A program made the translations under genes and the position numbers. Positions 1-9,011 of a stretch of DNA of 64,000 nt are shown here, piece by piece. The stretch comes from Candidatus Aenigmatarchaeota archaeon. Lineage in GTDB: Archaea > Aenigmatarchaeota > Aenigmatarchaeia > GW2011-AR5. The notes under the pieces are model-generated. The model was given only the letters and a program-made list of their open reading frames with translations. It was not told where the DNA came from and searched no databases. The stretch is taken from assembly GCA_016187335.1 (NCBI GenBank), contig JACPJW010000001.1:288001-352000 (forward strand). The letters run 5' to 3'. How positions within the stretch are numbered: the first letter of the stretch is position 1; the number at the start of each line of letters is the position of its first letter.

Positions 1-128
1 AGGGTATTTATAGGTTTGATTTTTGAGAAAGCCAAGCTCGTTCATATTTCAGCTTTATGGGTTAGTGGGGGCGGCGGGCTGGTTTCCGACTTTTAATACC
101 CTCAGAGCCAATTATATCCAGATACGGC

Positions 129-437
129 ATGAAAAAGAGTCTTGAAAGGCTCACGAGGATGTCCTTTGTTCTGCTCATCTTATTTGTCATATTCCTCCTT
201 GTGGCTGTTTTCAACGTGTTCCTGAAAAGCCTGCCGCTGGTTGTTTCCATATCAATTCTCATCGTCGCCGTTGCCGTGACAATCCTTACATTAGGGGAGA
301 TAGAGGGCTTCCTGCTTTTCGTCGCCGCGATAATCGTTGCCGTCGTCTTCATTCTTACTTTCAATTTAGAATTCACGCTGACGTCCTCGGCTGTCATAAT
401 CGGCGCCATAGTCGTGCTGATAACTTTAGTGTCGTAA
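129..437 (+). CDS. Hypothetical membrane protein (102 aa, 3-4 TM)
   Basis: ATG-started, almost entirely hydrophobic ORF with a basic N-terminus; no family motif recognised. Confidence 0.7.
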   Translation: MKKSLERLTRMSFVLLILFVIFLLVAVFNVFLKSLPLVVSISILIVAVAVTILTLGEIEGFLLFVAAIIVAVVFILTFNLEFTLTSSAVIIGAIVVLITLVS

Positions 438-567
438 GAATAATGGAATAGCTGCCTAGAGCCCGGAAATGCTTGATGCAGGCGCTTGGCGGACTTCGTT
501 CTGTTGTGAAAAAGCGAGTTGCTGAGTTCAGTATTTAAGAGTAGTGTGGATATTTCTAAAAGATTTT

Positions 568-852
568 ATGGTGTTCCACAAAATCCTGTCGTTTGCAGAC
601 ATGGTAGCAGCCGCGATAATCATTCTGTACCTGGTGAAGTTCCTGCCGCTGGCGCTCGTGAAGGACGTTGCCTTCTATTTGATAATCAAGGGAGCGGTCT
701 TCCTGCTTTTTTCCAGGGACTTTGCCAGCTCTGTTGACGTCGTTTTCGGGATTTATTTATTAATACTCGCCTCGGGGATATATACAAGCAATTTCATAAC
801 AATTCTTGCAGCAGTATGGCTCCTGCAAAAGTCTGTATTCGGGTTGATGTGA
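568..852 (+). CDS. Hypothetical membrane protein (about 94 aa)
   Basis: Hydrophobic ORF. The track starts at GTG 544; ATG 568 is preferred because the TATA-like TATTTAAG at 533-540 sits about 28 nt upstream of it (leaderless geometry). Confidence 0.65.
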   Translation: MVFHKILSFADMVAAAIIILYLVKFLPLALVKDVAFYLIIKGAVFLLFSRDFASSVDVVFGIYLLILASGIYTSNFITILAAVWLLQKSVFGLM

Positions 853-876
853 AAGTAATAAAACGGTGATTGGCAA

Positions 877-984
877 ATGTCGGCAATGGCATCGGATTCG
901 GTAATAGTCGCCTCAATGGTGGCGCTGATAATCCTGGGAGCGCTTTCCGTGGGGCTTTTTGTCAAGCTTGCCGCAGGGCTTTAG
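877..984 (+). CDS. Small single-pass membrane protein (35 aa), not in ORF track
   Basis: GGTGA RBS at 865-869, ATG 877. Translation MSAMASDSVIVASMVALIILGALSVGLFVKLAAGL. Stop overlaps the convergent gene by 4 nt. Confidence 0.55.
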   Translation: MSAMASDSVIVASMVALIILGALSVGLFVKLAAGL

Positions 985-1646
985 GCCACCGGCTCCAGAA
1001 CCTTCAGCACGATTCCTTTTCCTGCCAGGGCTTTTGCTAAGGGCGAAATATCGTTGTCCAGCTGCAGCCCGTACTTGTCTGACCTGTAATGCATAGGAAT
1101 GAGAAATTTGGGCTTTATCACCGCCGCGGCTTCTCCAGCCTCGGACGCCGTCATGGTGTAAGTCCCCCCGACAGGCATCAGGGCGGCGTCAATCCTGTGC
1201 AGTTCATGCATCTCCGTTATGTTGTCCGTGTCGCCGGCGTGATAGATTCTTTTTCCGTCTATCTCAACAACAAAGCCCAGCCCGGCGCCCTTCGGATGGA
1301 AAGGCATGTCCGGCGACCTGAATTTGTCCACATTGTAAGCGGGAACAGCTTCCACCTCGATGCCATGCTTGTAAACGTCGCCCGGTTTCATGACAACCTG
1401 GGCTTGTATTTTTTCCGCAGCAGCCTTTGAAGAAATTATTATGGTGCTGTCCTTTCTTACCTGCTTTATCTTCTCCGCATCGCAGTGGTCGTAGTGGTCG
1501 TGCGTTACCAAGATATAGTCGGCTTTTTCCGGGCTGCTCGGCAGGACGAAGGGGTCTATGTAGATTACCTTGCTGCCCTTTATCAGAAAGGAAGCGTGCC
1601 CGAGCCATGTTATTTCTACGTTATCAAGAACGAGTGTGCTTGGCAT
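981..1646 (-). CDS. Metallo-beta-lactamase-fold hydrolase (UPF0173-like)
   Basis: ITWLGHASF, THDHYDH, YHAGDT and PMHY motifs. Confidence 0.9.
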   Translation of the reverse strand: MPSTLVLDNVEITWLGHASFLIKGSKVIYIDPFVLPSSPEKADYILVTHDHYDHCDAEKIKQVRKDSTIIISSKAAAEKIQAQVVMKPGDVYKHGIEVEAVPAYNVDKFRSPDMPFHPKGAGLGFVVEIDGKRIYHAGDTDNITEMHELHRIDAALMPVGGTYTMTASEAGEAAAVIKPKFLIPMHYRSDKYGLQLDNDISPLAKALAGKGIVLKVLEPVA

Positions 1647-1686
1647 AGTAAGAATAAGTCACGAACGTTTAAAAATCAGAATAATT

Positions 1687-2163
1687 TCAAATTTTCCTTT
1701 TCCTTAGTTTATTCATAGCTACCTTTGCCTGTGCCGCACTAGTCATTTCAAAAATCAAGGGATCGTTATAAAAATCTAAAATTGACTTCTTTTCGAGGTA
1801 TTCCTTTAGAACAAACCAAAAAAGCAAAACAAACAATATTCCAGATATTATAAGAGTCTGCATATAATATCCTTTTTCGATAAGATAAAGCGACGTCAAA
1901 GACGAAATAAGACTTCCCAAGACACCAATCGTTATACCCATAAGAAGAAATTTTATTTCTTTTAATTTTTGTTCGTGTTCATGTGCATACAATTTTGAAT
2001 GAACTCTTGACATCTCAAGCAATTCTTTGGGCACGCCTTCTTGTATTTTTTCAATAACCTTTTTGATATCTGCCTCAACTTCTGTAAGATGCATTGATTT
2101 CTTGGTTATAAACCGCATTGCTATTCTTGTGAAAAATCCAAGTTTTTTCGGTTTCTTATCCAT
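1687..2163 (-). CDS. Hypothetical membrane protein (158 aa, 2 TM, AT-rich)
   Basis: Open frame with two hydrophobic segments; visibly more AT-rich than its neighbours. Confidence 0.7.
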   Translation of the reverse strand: MDKKPKKLGFFTRIAMRFITKKSMHLTEVEADIKKVIEKIQEGVPKELLEMSRVHSKLYAHEHEQKLKEIKFLLMGITIGVLGSLISSLTSLYLIEKGYYMQTLIISGILFVLLFWFVLKEYLEKKSILDFYNDPLIFEMTSAAQAKVAMNKLRKRKI

Positions 2164-2199
2164 AAAATACCTCGATAAAGAAGTTCTACAGTTACTTCT

Positions 2200-4398
2200 T
2201 CACTTTTCCGCTTTTGCTTCGGCCTTGTGGCTTTTCATGTGCAGCGTTAAGGCGCGCTGCGAGCTGTAGCTTTTGCTGCACACCTCGCACTTCAACTGCT
2301 GCGCAAGCTTGGACGCCTTTCTGCTGTCCGCCTGGACCTGCTTTAATTTCTTCTTGTCCAGCCATTCCTTCTTCGTCGGGCAGTTGGGGTCAAGGCACAT
2401 CCTGAAAGGCCGCCTTCCGGGCACGCTGACCTGAATCATCGGCGTCTTGCATTCCTCGCATACCTTGTCCAGAGCCATTATCGTTCCCTCGCGCGGCAGC
2501 GGAAATCCCGTCCTGCACCCTTTCTTGTATCCCGTGCATCCGACGAAGCGCTTCTTTGTTCTCCATGACTTGTGCACCTTCAGCGTGCCTCCGCATTCCC
2601 TGCATGTTCCGAGGATGCTCTGCTTGTCCTGCGTTGCGATGACGGCATTGGTCAGTTCCTCGCCGATTTTCTTTTCCTTTTTTCTGAATTCTTCGGATAT
2701 CTTTATCAGACGCTTCTTCGAGTCTTCAACAACGTCTTCCCTTTTCATCTTCCCTTCCTGCACAGCTTCCGTAGATTCCTCAAAATGCCTGGTAAGCTTT
2801 TCAGAAACTACATCAGGTATGTTCTTCTCCAGGATTTCCGCCAGCTGCATGCCCAGCTCGGTTACTTCAATGCTTTTTCCGATGAGATATCCTCGGTCGT
2901 ATAGTATCTGCAGAATATTCGCACGTGTTGCCTGGGTTCCCAAGCCGGCTTGTTCCATTGCCTTGAGAACTGAGCCTTGCGAGTATCGGGGCGGCGGCTG
3001 CGTTTCCTTTTCCGCCTGCTGGACATCCTTTATGGCAAGCTTGTCGCCAACGTGTATTTCAGGGAGTATTACTTCTTCCCGGCCGGCGTATTTGCCGTAA
3101 AGCGCCGTCCATCCAGGCTCTATTGTCTTCGTCCCGCGCAAAAAGAAATCTTCTCCGTTGGCGTCCAGTTTTACGTTCATGAACTCCCTTTTTGCCGGGT
3201 CGCCGAAAACCGCTAAAAATCTTCTTACAACTAAATCATACACTTTCATCTGCTTGTCCCCCAGTTTTTTGTACAAGCCCGTCGGATAGATAGCCGGGTG
3301 CGCCGCTGAGGTTGCCTTTCCTGACGTCGGCTTCAGCTCCTTTCTGCCCAGAAGGAATCCCGTGTCCTTGCTGTAAGCCGGCTGTTTTGCCAGAGACGAC
3401 AGGATTTTCTTGTAGTTGATGTCCGGCGGCAGCTGCTGGCTTCCTGTTCTGGGATAAGAAATAATCCCTGCCTGATAAAGCGATTCCGCTATGCTCAGGC
3501 CCTGCTGCGGGGAATATCCGAAGTAGCGGTAGATGTCCGCAAGGAACGCCGTGGTATTGTAAGGCACAGGCGGCTTCTGCGTCATTAATTTCTTTTTGAT
3601 GTCCTTTACAGCGGCAGAAGCTGTTTTTGCTTTCTTCAAGATGCTGTCGGCTTCGCCCCTGCTCCATATCTTGTCCTTGGCGTGCATCGCCTTGAGTCCG
3701 CCTTTCAGTTCAAGCGTTATTTCCCAGAAAGGCTTCGGCTTGAAAGCGCGCACCTTCTTTTCGTGTTTCGCGAGCATGTGAAGAACCGGGCCCTGGACGC
3801 GCCCCGTGGAAAGTATCCTGAACCTTTTTGCCGCTGCTTTTATGGAAAGCGTCAGCGCGCGGGTAAGGTTTATGCCCCACATGTTGTCCAGATAATGACG
3901 GGTCAGGCCGGATTCTATCTGGCTGAAGTCCAGGTGCTTTAGCGGCTTTTCATAGCTTTCCAGCAGCTCTTCCTTTGTCATCGTGCTGAATTTCATGCGT
4001 AGCGCGTCGTTCCTGTTGCACAAAAACCGCAAAATATTGTAGCCGATGACGCTGCCCTCGTCGTCATAGTCCGTGCAGACGATGTATTCGTCGCCGTTTC
4101 CTACGACCTTCTGCACGACGTCAAAATATTTCTTGCTGAACATCGCCGTCCTTGTTGCCTGGAAAGAAGGAATCCATTCAACGTCAAAAACAGGATAAGT
4201 CCATCCCCTGCCTTTCTGCTTTAACGTGAACAAATGGCCGACAGCCGCGACTACCACGTGGTTTTTTCCGCCTTTCCTGAACTCGTAATAGCGCACTTTC
4301 TGCTCGTTCTCGTGCGTTTTCATTGAGCCCTTGTCGGCAAGCGCCTCGGCTATCGCTTTCGCGGCGCTGGGCTTCTCCGCTATCATCACTATTGTCAT
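2200..4398 (-). CDS. topA: Type IA DNA topoisomerase with C-terminal Zn ribbons and a terminal C2H2 finger
   Basis: TOPRIM motifs AEKPS and DYDDEG, STGRVQ, catalytic SYPRT, CxxC repeats. Start moved to ATG 4398 (GAGG RBS upstream) from the track's GTG 4497. Confidence 0.95.
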   Translation of the reverse strand: MTIVMIAEKPSAAKAIAEALADKGSMKTHENEQKVRYYEFRKGGKNHVVVAAVGHLFTLKQKGRGWTYPVFDVEWIPSFQATRTAMFSKKYFDVVQKVVGNGDEYIVCTDYDDEGSVIGYNILRFLCNRNDALRMKFSTMTKEELLESYEKPLKHLDFSQIESGLTRHYLDNMWGINLTRALTLSIKAAAKRFRILSTGRVQGPVLHMLAKHEKKVRAFKPKPFWEITLELKGGLKAMHAKDKIWSRGEADSILKKAKTASAAVKDIKKKLMTQKPPVPYNTTAFLADIYRYFGYSPQQGLSIAESLYQAGIISYPRTGSQQLPPDINYKKILSSLAKQPAYSKDTGFLLGRKELKPTSGKATSAAHPAIYPTGLYKKLGDKQMKVYDLVVRRFLAVFGDPAKREFMNVKLDANGEDFFLRGTKTIEPGWTALYGKYAGREEVILPEIHVGDKLAIKDVQQAEKETQPPPRYSQGSVLKAMEQAGLGTQATRANILQILYDRGYLIGKSIEVTELGMQLAEILEKNIPDVVSEKLTRHFEESTEAVQEGKMKREDVVEDSKKRLIKISEEFRKKEKKIGEELTNAVIATQDKQSILGTCRECGGTLKVHKSWRTKKRFVGCTGYKKGCRTGFPLPREGTIMALDKVCEECKTPMIQVSVPGRRPFRMCLDPNCPTKKEWLDKKKLKQVQADSRKASKLAQQLKCEVCSKSYSSQRALTLHMKSHKAEAKAEK

Positions 4399-4487
4399 TT
4401 TGAAAACCTCGTTACAGATTGAAGTTGCAAAGCAACTTCGGTTTGCTTTACAAAAGAAATGTTCTTTATTTTGATTGGACATTTCAT
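4395..4487 (-). other. Possible 30-aa upstream ORF coupled to topA
   Basis: AGGTG RBS 7 nt before ATG 4487. Translation MKCPIKIKNISFVKQTEVALQLQSVTRFSK. Its TGA overlaps the topA ATG (ATGA). Confidence 0.3.
4421..4439. promoter_or_regulatory. Perfect 8-bp inverted repeat upstream of topA
   Basis: GAAGTTGC-AAA-GCAACTTC, about 22 nt upstream of the topA ATG. Confidence 0.35.
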
Positions 4488-4614
4488 TTTGAAACACCTG
4501 GACAGAATTTAATCCGGCCTGTATTCAGGAAGAATTTAGAAAAACACTTCATCGCTTTACAGCTCCACTGTCCTTTTAATATAGGAGAAAAGGTTTAAAT
4601 CGTTAAAGTCCCTT

Positions 4615-4770
4615 TCACGCCTTCGTTACAAGGTCGTCTATGATGTCAATGATGACGGCGAAAAGAAACCAGTTAACGGTAAACTTCACTCCCATCATCA
4701 GTACGAGAAGGATGTAAAGTATCGTTGCAGTCGGGAACGACCCTATGAATTTCAGCAGGAATTTCTTCAT
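4615..4770 (-). CDS. Small membrane protein (51 aa), not in ORF track
   Basis: ATG 4 nt after the serS stop. Translation MKKFLLKFIGSFPTATILYILLVLMMGVKFTVNWFLFAVIIDIIDDLVTKA, two hydrophobic segments. Confidence 0.6.
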   Translation of the reverse strand: MKKFLLKFIGSFPTATILYILLVLMMGVKFTVNWFLFAVIIDIIDDLVTKA

Positions 4771-4774
4771 TGAA

Positions 4775-6052
4775 TCATTTCTCCATCTTGTCAAAGCCGG
4801 TGTAAGGCCGCAGCGCTTTCGGGATGAGCACGGAGCCGTCCTTCTGCTGGTGCTGCTCTATGATTGCCATCATGGTCCGGCTTGTAGCAATGGCAGTGTT
4901 GTTCAGCGTGTGGACAAAGCCCTTTGGCGGGGTTCCTTCCTTTTCGCGGAATTTTATGTTCAGCCTGCGCGCCTGGAAATCCGTGCAGTTGGAATTGCTG
5001 CCGGCTTCACGGAAAACGCCGTCGGCCATCCAGACCTCCGTGTCGTATTTCTTCGCCGCTATGATTCCTATATCGCCCGTGCACACGCTGACGACGCGGT
5101 GGTGCAGCTCCAGCTGCTGGTAAAGCTGCTCGCTGTTTTGCTGCAGCTCTTCGTGCAGTGCCCATGACTGCTCCGGCGCTGAAAAAATGAACTGCTCGAC
5201 CTTGTTGAACTGGTGCATCCTGAACAGCCCTTTTGTATACTTTCCGTGAGCGCCGACCTCCTTTCTGAAGCACGGAGAAACGCCCGCGATTTTCAAAGGC
5301 AACTCCTGCTCCAGCAGCGTTTCGTCCATCAGCATCGCCCCTATCGGATGCTCTGATGTCGCTATCAGATGCAAATCCTCGCCTTCTATTTTGTACAATA
5401 CGTCAATGAAATCCGCAAGCGATGTCACCCCTTCGTAAGGCTTCCTGTTGAGCATGTAAGGAGGATTCACTACAACAAAGCCTCTCTTCCTCAGGAAGTC
5501 CAGGGCAAAACGCTGCAGCGCCATGTCAAGAAGCACCAGCTCGTTTTTCATGTAGAAAAAACCGTGCCCCGCGACCTTTGCCGCGCGCCCGCTGTCAATA
5601 AGCCCTAAATTTTCAAGAAGCTCCGCATGCCCTTTCGGCTTAAAGTCAAATTTCGGTGCTTCGCCGTAACGCCTTATTTCCACGTTGTCCTTGTCATCAG
5701 CGCCTATTGGCACTGATTCGTGCAGCACGTTAGGCAGCTGCATCAGAATCAGCCTGCACTGCTCGTTTAGCTGGTTAAGCTTTGTATCGTTTTTCCTTAT
5801 CTTTTCGGGTATTTCCTTTATTTCTTTCATCCTCGCTGCTATCGGCTTCTTTTTTGCCTTCAGCTCCGCGATCTCTTTTGTCACGACATTCCTTTTGTAT
5901 CGCAGTTCTTCCGTTTTTTTCAGCAGCCCTAATCTTTCCGAATCTTTCTTGATAAGCTCGTGCAGCAGCTTTATCTTCGCCTCGTCCCTGCGCTTTTTCA
6001 GGTCATTTTCAACGACAGCCGGGTTTTCCCTGATGAGTTTTATGTCAAGCAT
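4775..6052 (-). CDS. serS: Seryl-tRNA synthetase (bacterial-type class II)
   Basis: MLDIKLIRENP start, coiled-coil arm, LIATSEHP, FRKEVGAHG...GLFRMHQFNKVEQF, SNCTDFQARRL, HTLNNTAIA. Confidence 0.97.
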   Translation of the reverse strand: MLDIKLIRENPAVVENDLKKRRDEAKIKLLHELIKKDSERLGLLKKTEELRYKRNVVTKEIAELKAKKKPIAARMKEIKEIPEKIRKNDTKLNQLNEQCRLILMQLPNVLHESVPIGADDKDNVEIRRYGEAPKFDFKPKGHAELLENLGLIDSGRAAKVAGHGFFYMKNELVLLDMALQRFALDFLRKRGFVVVNPPYMLNRKPYEGVTSLADFIDVLYKIEGEDLHLIATSEHPIGAMLMDETLLEQELPLKIAGVSPCFRKEVGAHGKYTKGLFRMHQFNKVEQFIFSAPEQSWALHEELQQNSEQLYQQLELHHRVVSVCTGDIGIIAAKKYDTEVWMADGVFREAGSNSNCTDFQARRLNIKFREKEGTPPKGFVHTLNNTAIATSRTMMAIIEQHQQKDGSVLIPKALRPYTGFDKMEK

Positions 6053-6693
6053 GTTGTTCCCCAAAAATGCCAATCAATTCCCAAAGGTCCTTTGATTCTA
6101 TAAGGTAATCAGTGTATTTTCTTACAATGTCCTTGGGGGCAATCCCTACAGCGATATCCGCTTCCTCAAACATTGCAATATCGTTTGCGCCGTCTCCGAC
6201 GGCTATCACTTTTCCAAAATTGTATTCTTTTCTAAGGGCTTTAATAGGCTCTGATTTGTCAATTAGAGGGATAAACCGTTTCAATGTGCTGCCCGCCAAA
6301 AACTGTTCCTGTTGCGAACACAACATCTGCGTATAAGCCGTTTTTTCTTACCAGGTGTTCAACTATGAAATCAAGCCCTCCGGTAACAACAGCTATTGCA
6401 TAGTCTTCTTTTACACGCTCCAGTGTTTTCTTTGCGTTTGGCATAAGCGATATGTCATCAACAGCGCGCAATATTTGATCCCTTGTCAAGTGTTTTATTT
6501 TTTCAACCCTGGCTCTTAGTGACTCTTCAAAACAGATCTTTCCTTCCATGCCTGCTCTGGTCACTTCCTTCATGTAAGCCTCCTGGCCGGCGTATCGGCC
6601 TATATGTTCCATCGTCTCGCCGTCAAGGAGCGTTCCCTCAAAATCAAACACGACAAGCCTAGGTTTACCTAAAGAAAAAGCATTGCTCAGCAA
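6045..6693 (-). pseudogene. serB: Phosphoserine phosphatase SerB-like HAD hydrolase, frameshifted
   Basis: The N-part (6259-6693: FDFEGTL, FEESLRARV, VVTGG) and C-part (6045-6326 frame: AVGDGANDIAM) are in different frames. Removing one C from CCC at 6268-6270 gives a 215-aa protein. There is no in-frame ATG. Confidence 0.75.
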
Positions 6694-6729
6694 ACGGATT
6701 GGTACGGCATCGCCATCACTTTATTTTGA

Positions 6730-7194
6730 TTATTTTGATCGCAACATTTTTAAAGCTTCTGTGGCATAGAAGCGCAGCGCCGGGCTCATGAGCGTTTTTT
6801 TCAGTTCTGTTTTATCAAACCATCTTATCTCGTTGTGCTCGTGTTCTTTCAGTTTTATTTTGTCTTTTTTTGAACTCATAAAATAAATCAGGACGATATG
6901 CCTGTGGCTGCCTCTGATTTCGTGTATGTCAACATACTGCGGAGTGAGCAGGAATTTTGTGCCCTTGCTCCTGATCCTGGGCCTGTTGTCGCTGATTGTC
7001 AGATCCTTTTCCGATAAGCCGCACTCCTCTTTTATTTTCCTGAACAATGCTTCGTCTGCGTCCTCGTTCAGCTCTATGTGGCCGCCTATGGGAAGCCATT
7101 TGCTTAGCTCTTTGTGGTGTATCAGCAGCACTTTGTCTTTATGGACAATATAAGCGGCTATGGTGAAGTCTATCTTTTCATGAATATGGGGCAT
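6730..7194 (-). CDS. NUDIX hydrolase
   Basis: Nudix box GGHIELNEDADEALFRKIKEECGL; start at ATG 7194 (MPHIHEKIDF). Confidence 0.88.
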   Translation of the reverse strand: MPHIHEKIDFTIAAYIVHKDKVLLIHHKELSKWLPIGGHIELNEDADEALFRKIKEECGLSEKDLTISDNRPRIRSKGTKFLLTPQYVDIHEIRGSHRHIVLIYFMSSKKDKIKLKEHEHNEIRWFDKTELKKTLMSPALRFYATEALKMLRSK

Positions 7195-7243
7195 GCTTAA
7201 CCTTACCAAAAAACTTTTATAAATTCGCTGCCAAAATGCTGAA

Positions 7244-7537
7244 ATGCACAAGGCTTTGCTTCTGCTCAGGAAAATACCAAAGGGAAAGGTCACCACTTAT
7301 GGCGCTCTGGCAAAAGCCTGTAATTCTTCACCAAGGGCAATAGGCTCTGTCATGCGAAGCAATCCAAGGCCCGACCTCTATCCGTGCTACAAAGTAGTGG
7401 CAAGCGACGGCGGGATAGGCGGCTACGCCGGATGCGTGAAGGGAAAGAAAATTGCTGAGAAGATTTCACTGCTGAAGAAAGACGGGATAAGAATCAGGAA
7501 CAGAAAAATTGAGGATAAGTATATTTATAGGTTTTAA
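7244..7537 (+). CDS. ogt: O6-alkylguanine DNA alkyltransferase family (MGMT DNA-binding domain only)
   Basis: IPKGKVTTYGALA, PRAIG, active-site variant PCYKVV, GGYAG, KISLLKKDG. Confidence 0.85.
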   Translation: MHKALLLLRKIPKGKVTTYGALAKACNSSPRAIGSVMRSNPRPDLYPCYKVVASDGGIGGYAGCVKGKKIAEKISLLKKDGIRIRNRKIEDKYIYRF

Positions 7538-7538
7538 A

Positions 7539-7889
7539 ATGACGCGTGTTCTCACAGGCGGCACTTTTAATAAAATTCACAAAGGTCATGTAGAACTTTT
7601 GAAACGTGCCAAAAAACTCGGGCATCTGATAGTTGTGATTGCGCATAATAATCATAACAAAAAACCTTATACCATTCCTGCTGAGAAAAGAAAGAAAATA
7701 GTAGAGAAACTAAAAATTGCTGAGAAAGTGATAATAGGCGATCATGATAGATTTGCAGGGGTAATAGAAAGAGAAAAGCCTGATGTAATCGTTCTGGGCT
7801 ACGACCAAAATCTTCCTGACAAAGAAACCAAAGAATTGGTAGCGAAAATGGGCATAAAAGTTATAAGATTGAAAAAATTTAGCGTGTAA
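7539..7889 (+). CDS. Cytidylyltransferase-family protein, FAD synthase RibL-like
   Basis: VLTGGTFNKIHKGH (HxGH motif), KPDVIVLGYDQ. Confidence 0.8.
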   Translation: MTRVLTGGTFNKIHKGHVELLKRAKKLGHLIVVIAHNNHNKKPYTIPAEKRKKIVEKLKIAEKVIIGDHDRFAGVIEREKPDVIVLGYDQNLPDKETKELVAKMGIKVIRLKKFSV

Positions 7890-8958
7890 CTTCCTGCTTC
7901 CTCACAAAATCATAAAGCTCCTTCGCCTTGCCCTTTTCGAAATGGATCCTTATCGGCTTTATCATTTTGTCGATGTAAACGGCAGCGGCATTTTTAAGGT
8001 CAGCAGGATGCAAATCTCCTTTTGCAAACGCCTGCTCTAATTCGTTGTAAGAGGAAAAAACAGCATCGCCGCCGAACTTTGCAGGGCGCTCTATCTTCAT
8101 TTTGTCAAATTTCCTGAAAACAAGATATTTGCAGTATTCCAGGACCGGATTATTGTGTATTTCTTTCGCCGGGCAAAAAGCATTGTTTAATTTCTTTTTG
8201 ATTTCATCGGCGCTGTCGTGGACAAAAACAGCTGTGGACGGCTTGCTCTTGCTCATTTTTGAGCTTATCTCAGCGTCCTTCTTTTTGTCATCCTCAAAGC
8301 CTTCGGGCTGCTTTATTCCTTCCAGACCCATCAGCATGTGGTGGGAAACAATCACAGGCGACCACCAGCCAAGCTTAGGTCCTACTTCGCGCGCAAGCAT
8401 GTTCGCCCTGCGCTGGTCAAGCCCAAGCTGGCATATATCTGCCTCTAGTTCAAATATGTCCGCGGTCTGCATCATCGGGTAGAAGTATTGCGCTACTTCT
8501 TTCATTTCCCCTTCCTTCCTGCCCATTATTGTCAGCGCACGCGTGGCCCTCTGCACTGTCGTGTGCTTCGCAATCAGTATTACTTTTTTCCAGTATTCCG
8601 TCCTGCTCGCTATGTCCGAAGCCCAGACATATTCAGCGTTTTTCACGCCCGCGGCTTTCCACACTTCTATGAAATACTTGCCGACGGTTTGTATTTTTTC
8701 CAGGTCGCCGCCCATCTTGTTGTTGACCCATGCGTGCCAGTCGGCAATGAATAGTTTGAATCTAACGCCTGCCTTGTGCATGTCCTCAAGAAGCAGCGGC
8801 CTGAATACTCCGAACGCTATATGGGCCTCGCCTGAAGGTTCGAATCCGTCATAAGCTATTGGATGCTTTTTTTGTTCAAGAAGCGATTTTAGCTCCTCCT
8901 TGGTTACTATTTCCTCGCCGACGCTTTCGATGTATCTAAGCCTTTGTTCGGTAGTCAT
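7879..8958 (-). CDS. tyrS: Tyrosyl-tRNA synthetase (archaeal type)
   Basis: AYDGFEPSG, YPMMQTADIF, GLDQRRA, KMSKS, LHPADLK. Confidence 0.96.
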   Translation of the reverse strand: MTTEQRLRYIESVGEEIVTKEELKSLLEQKKHPIAYDGFEPSGEAHIAFGVFRPLLLEDMHKAGVRFKLFIADWHAWVNNKMGGDLEKIQTVGKYFIEVWKAAGVKNAEYVWASDIASRTEYWKKVILIAKHTTVQRATRALTIMGRKEGEMKEVAQYFYPMMQTADIFELEADICQLGLDQRRANMLAREVGPKLGWWSPVIVSHHMLMGLEGIKQPEGFEDDKKKDAEISSKMSKSKPSTAVFVHDSADEIKKKLNNAFCPAKEIHNNPVLEYCKYLVFRKFDKMKIERPAKFGGDAVFSSYNELEQAFAKGDLHPADLKNAAAVYIDKMIKPIRIHFEKGKAKELYDFVRKQEVTR

Positions 8959-9011
8959 TATAGCACCTTTTTAAATTATGATTTAAGTGTATAAATAAAA
9001 CTGTGATACAC

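Noticed and set aside
6721-6739. 9-bp tandem repeat TATTTTGAT x2 between serB and the NUDIX gene
   Set aside because: Only two copies of low-complexity sequence; no further structure.
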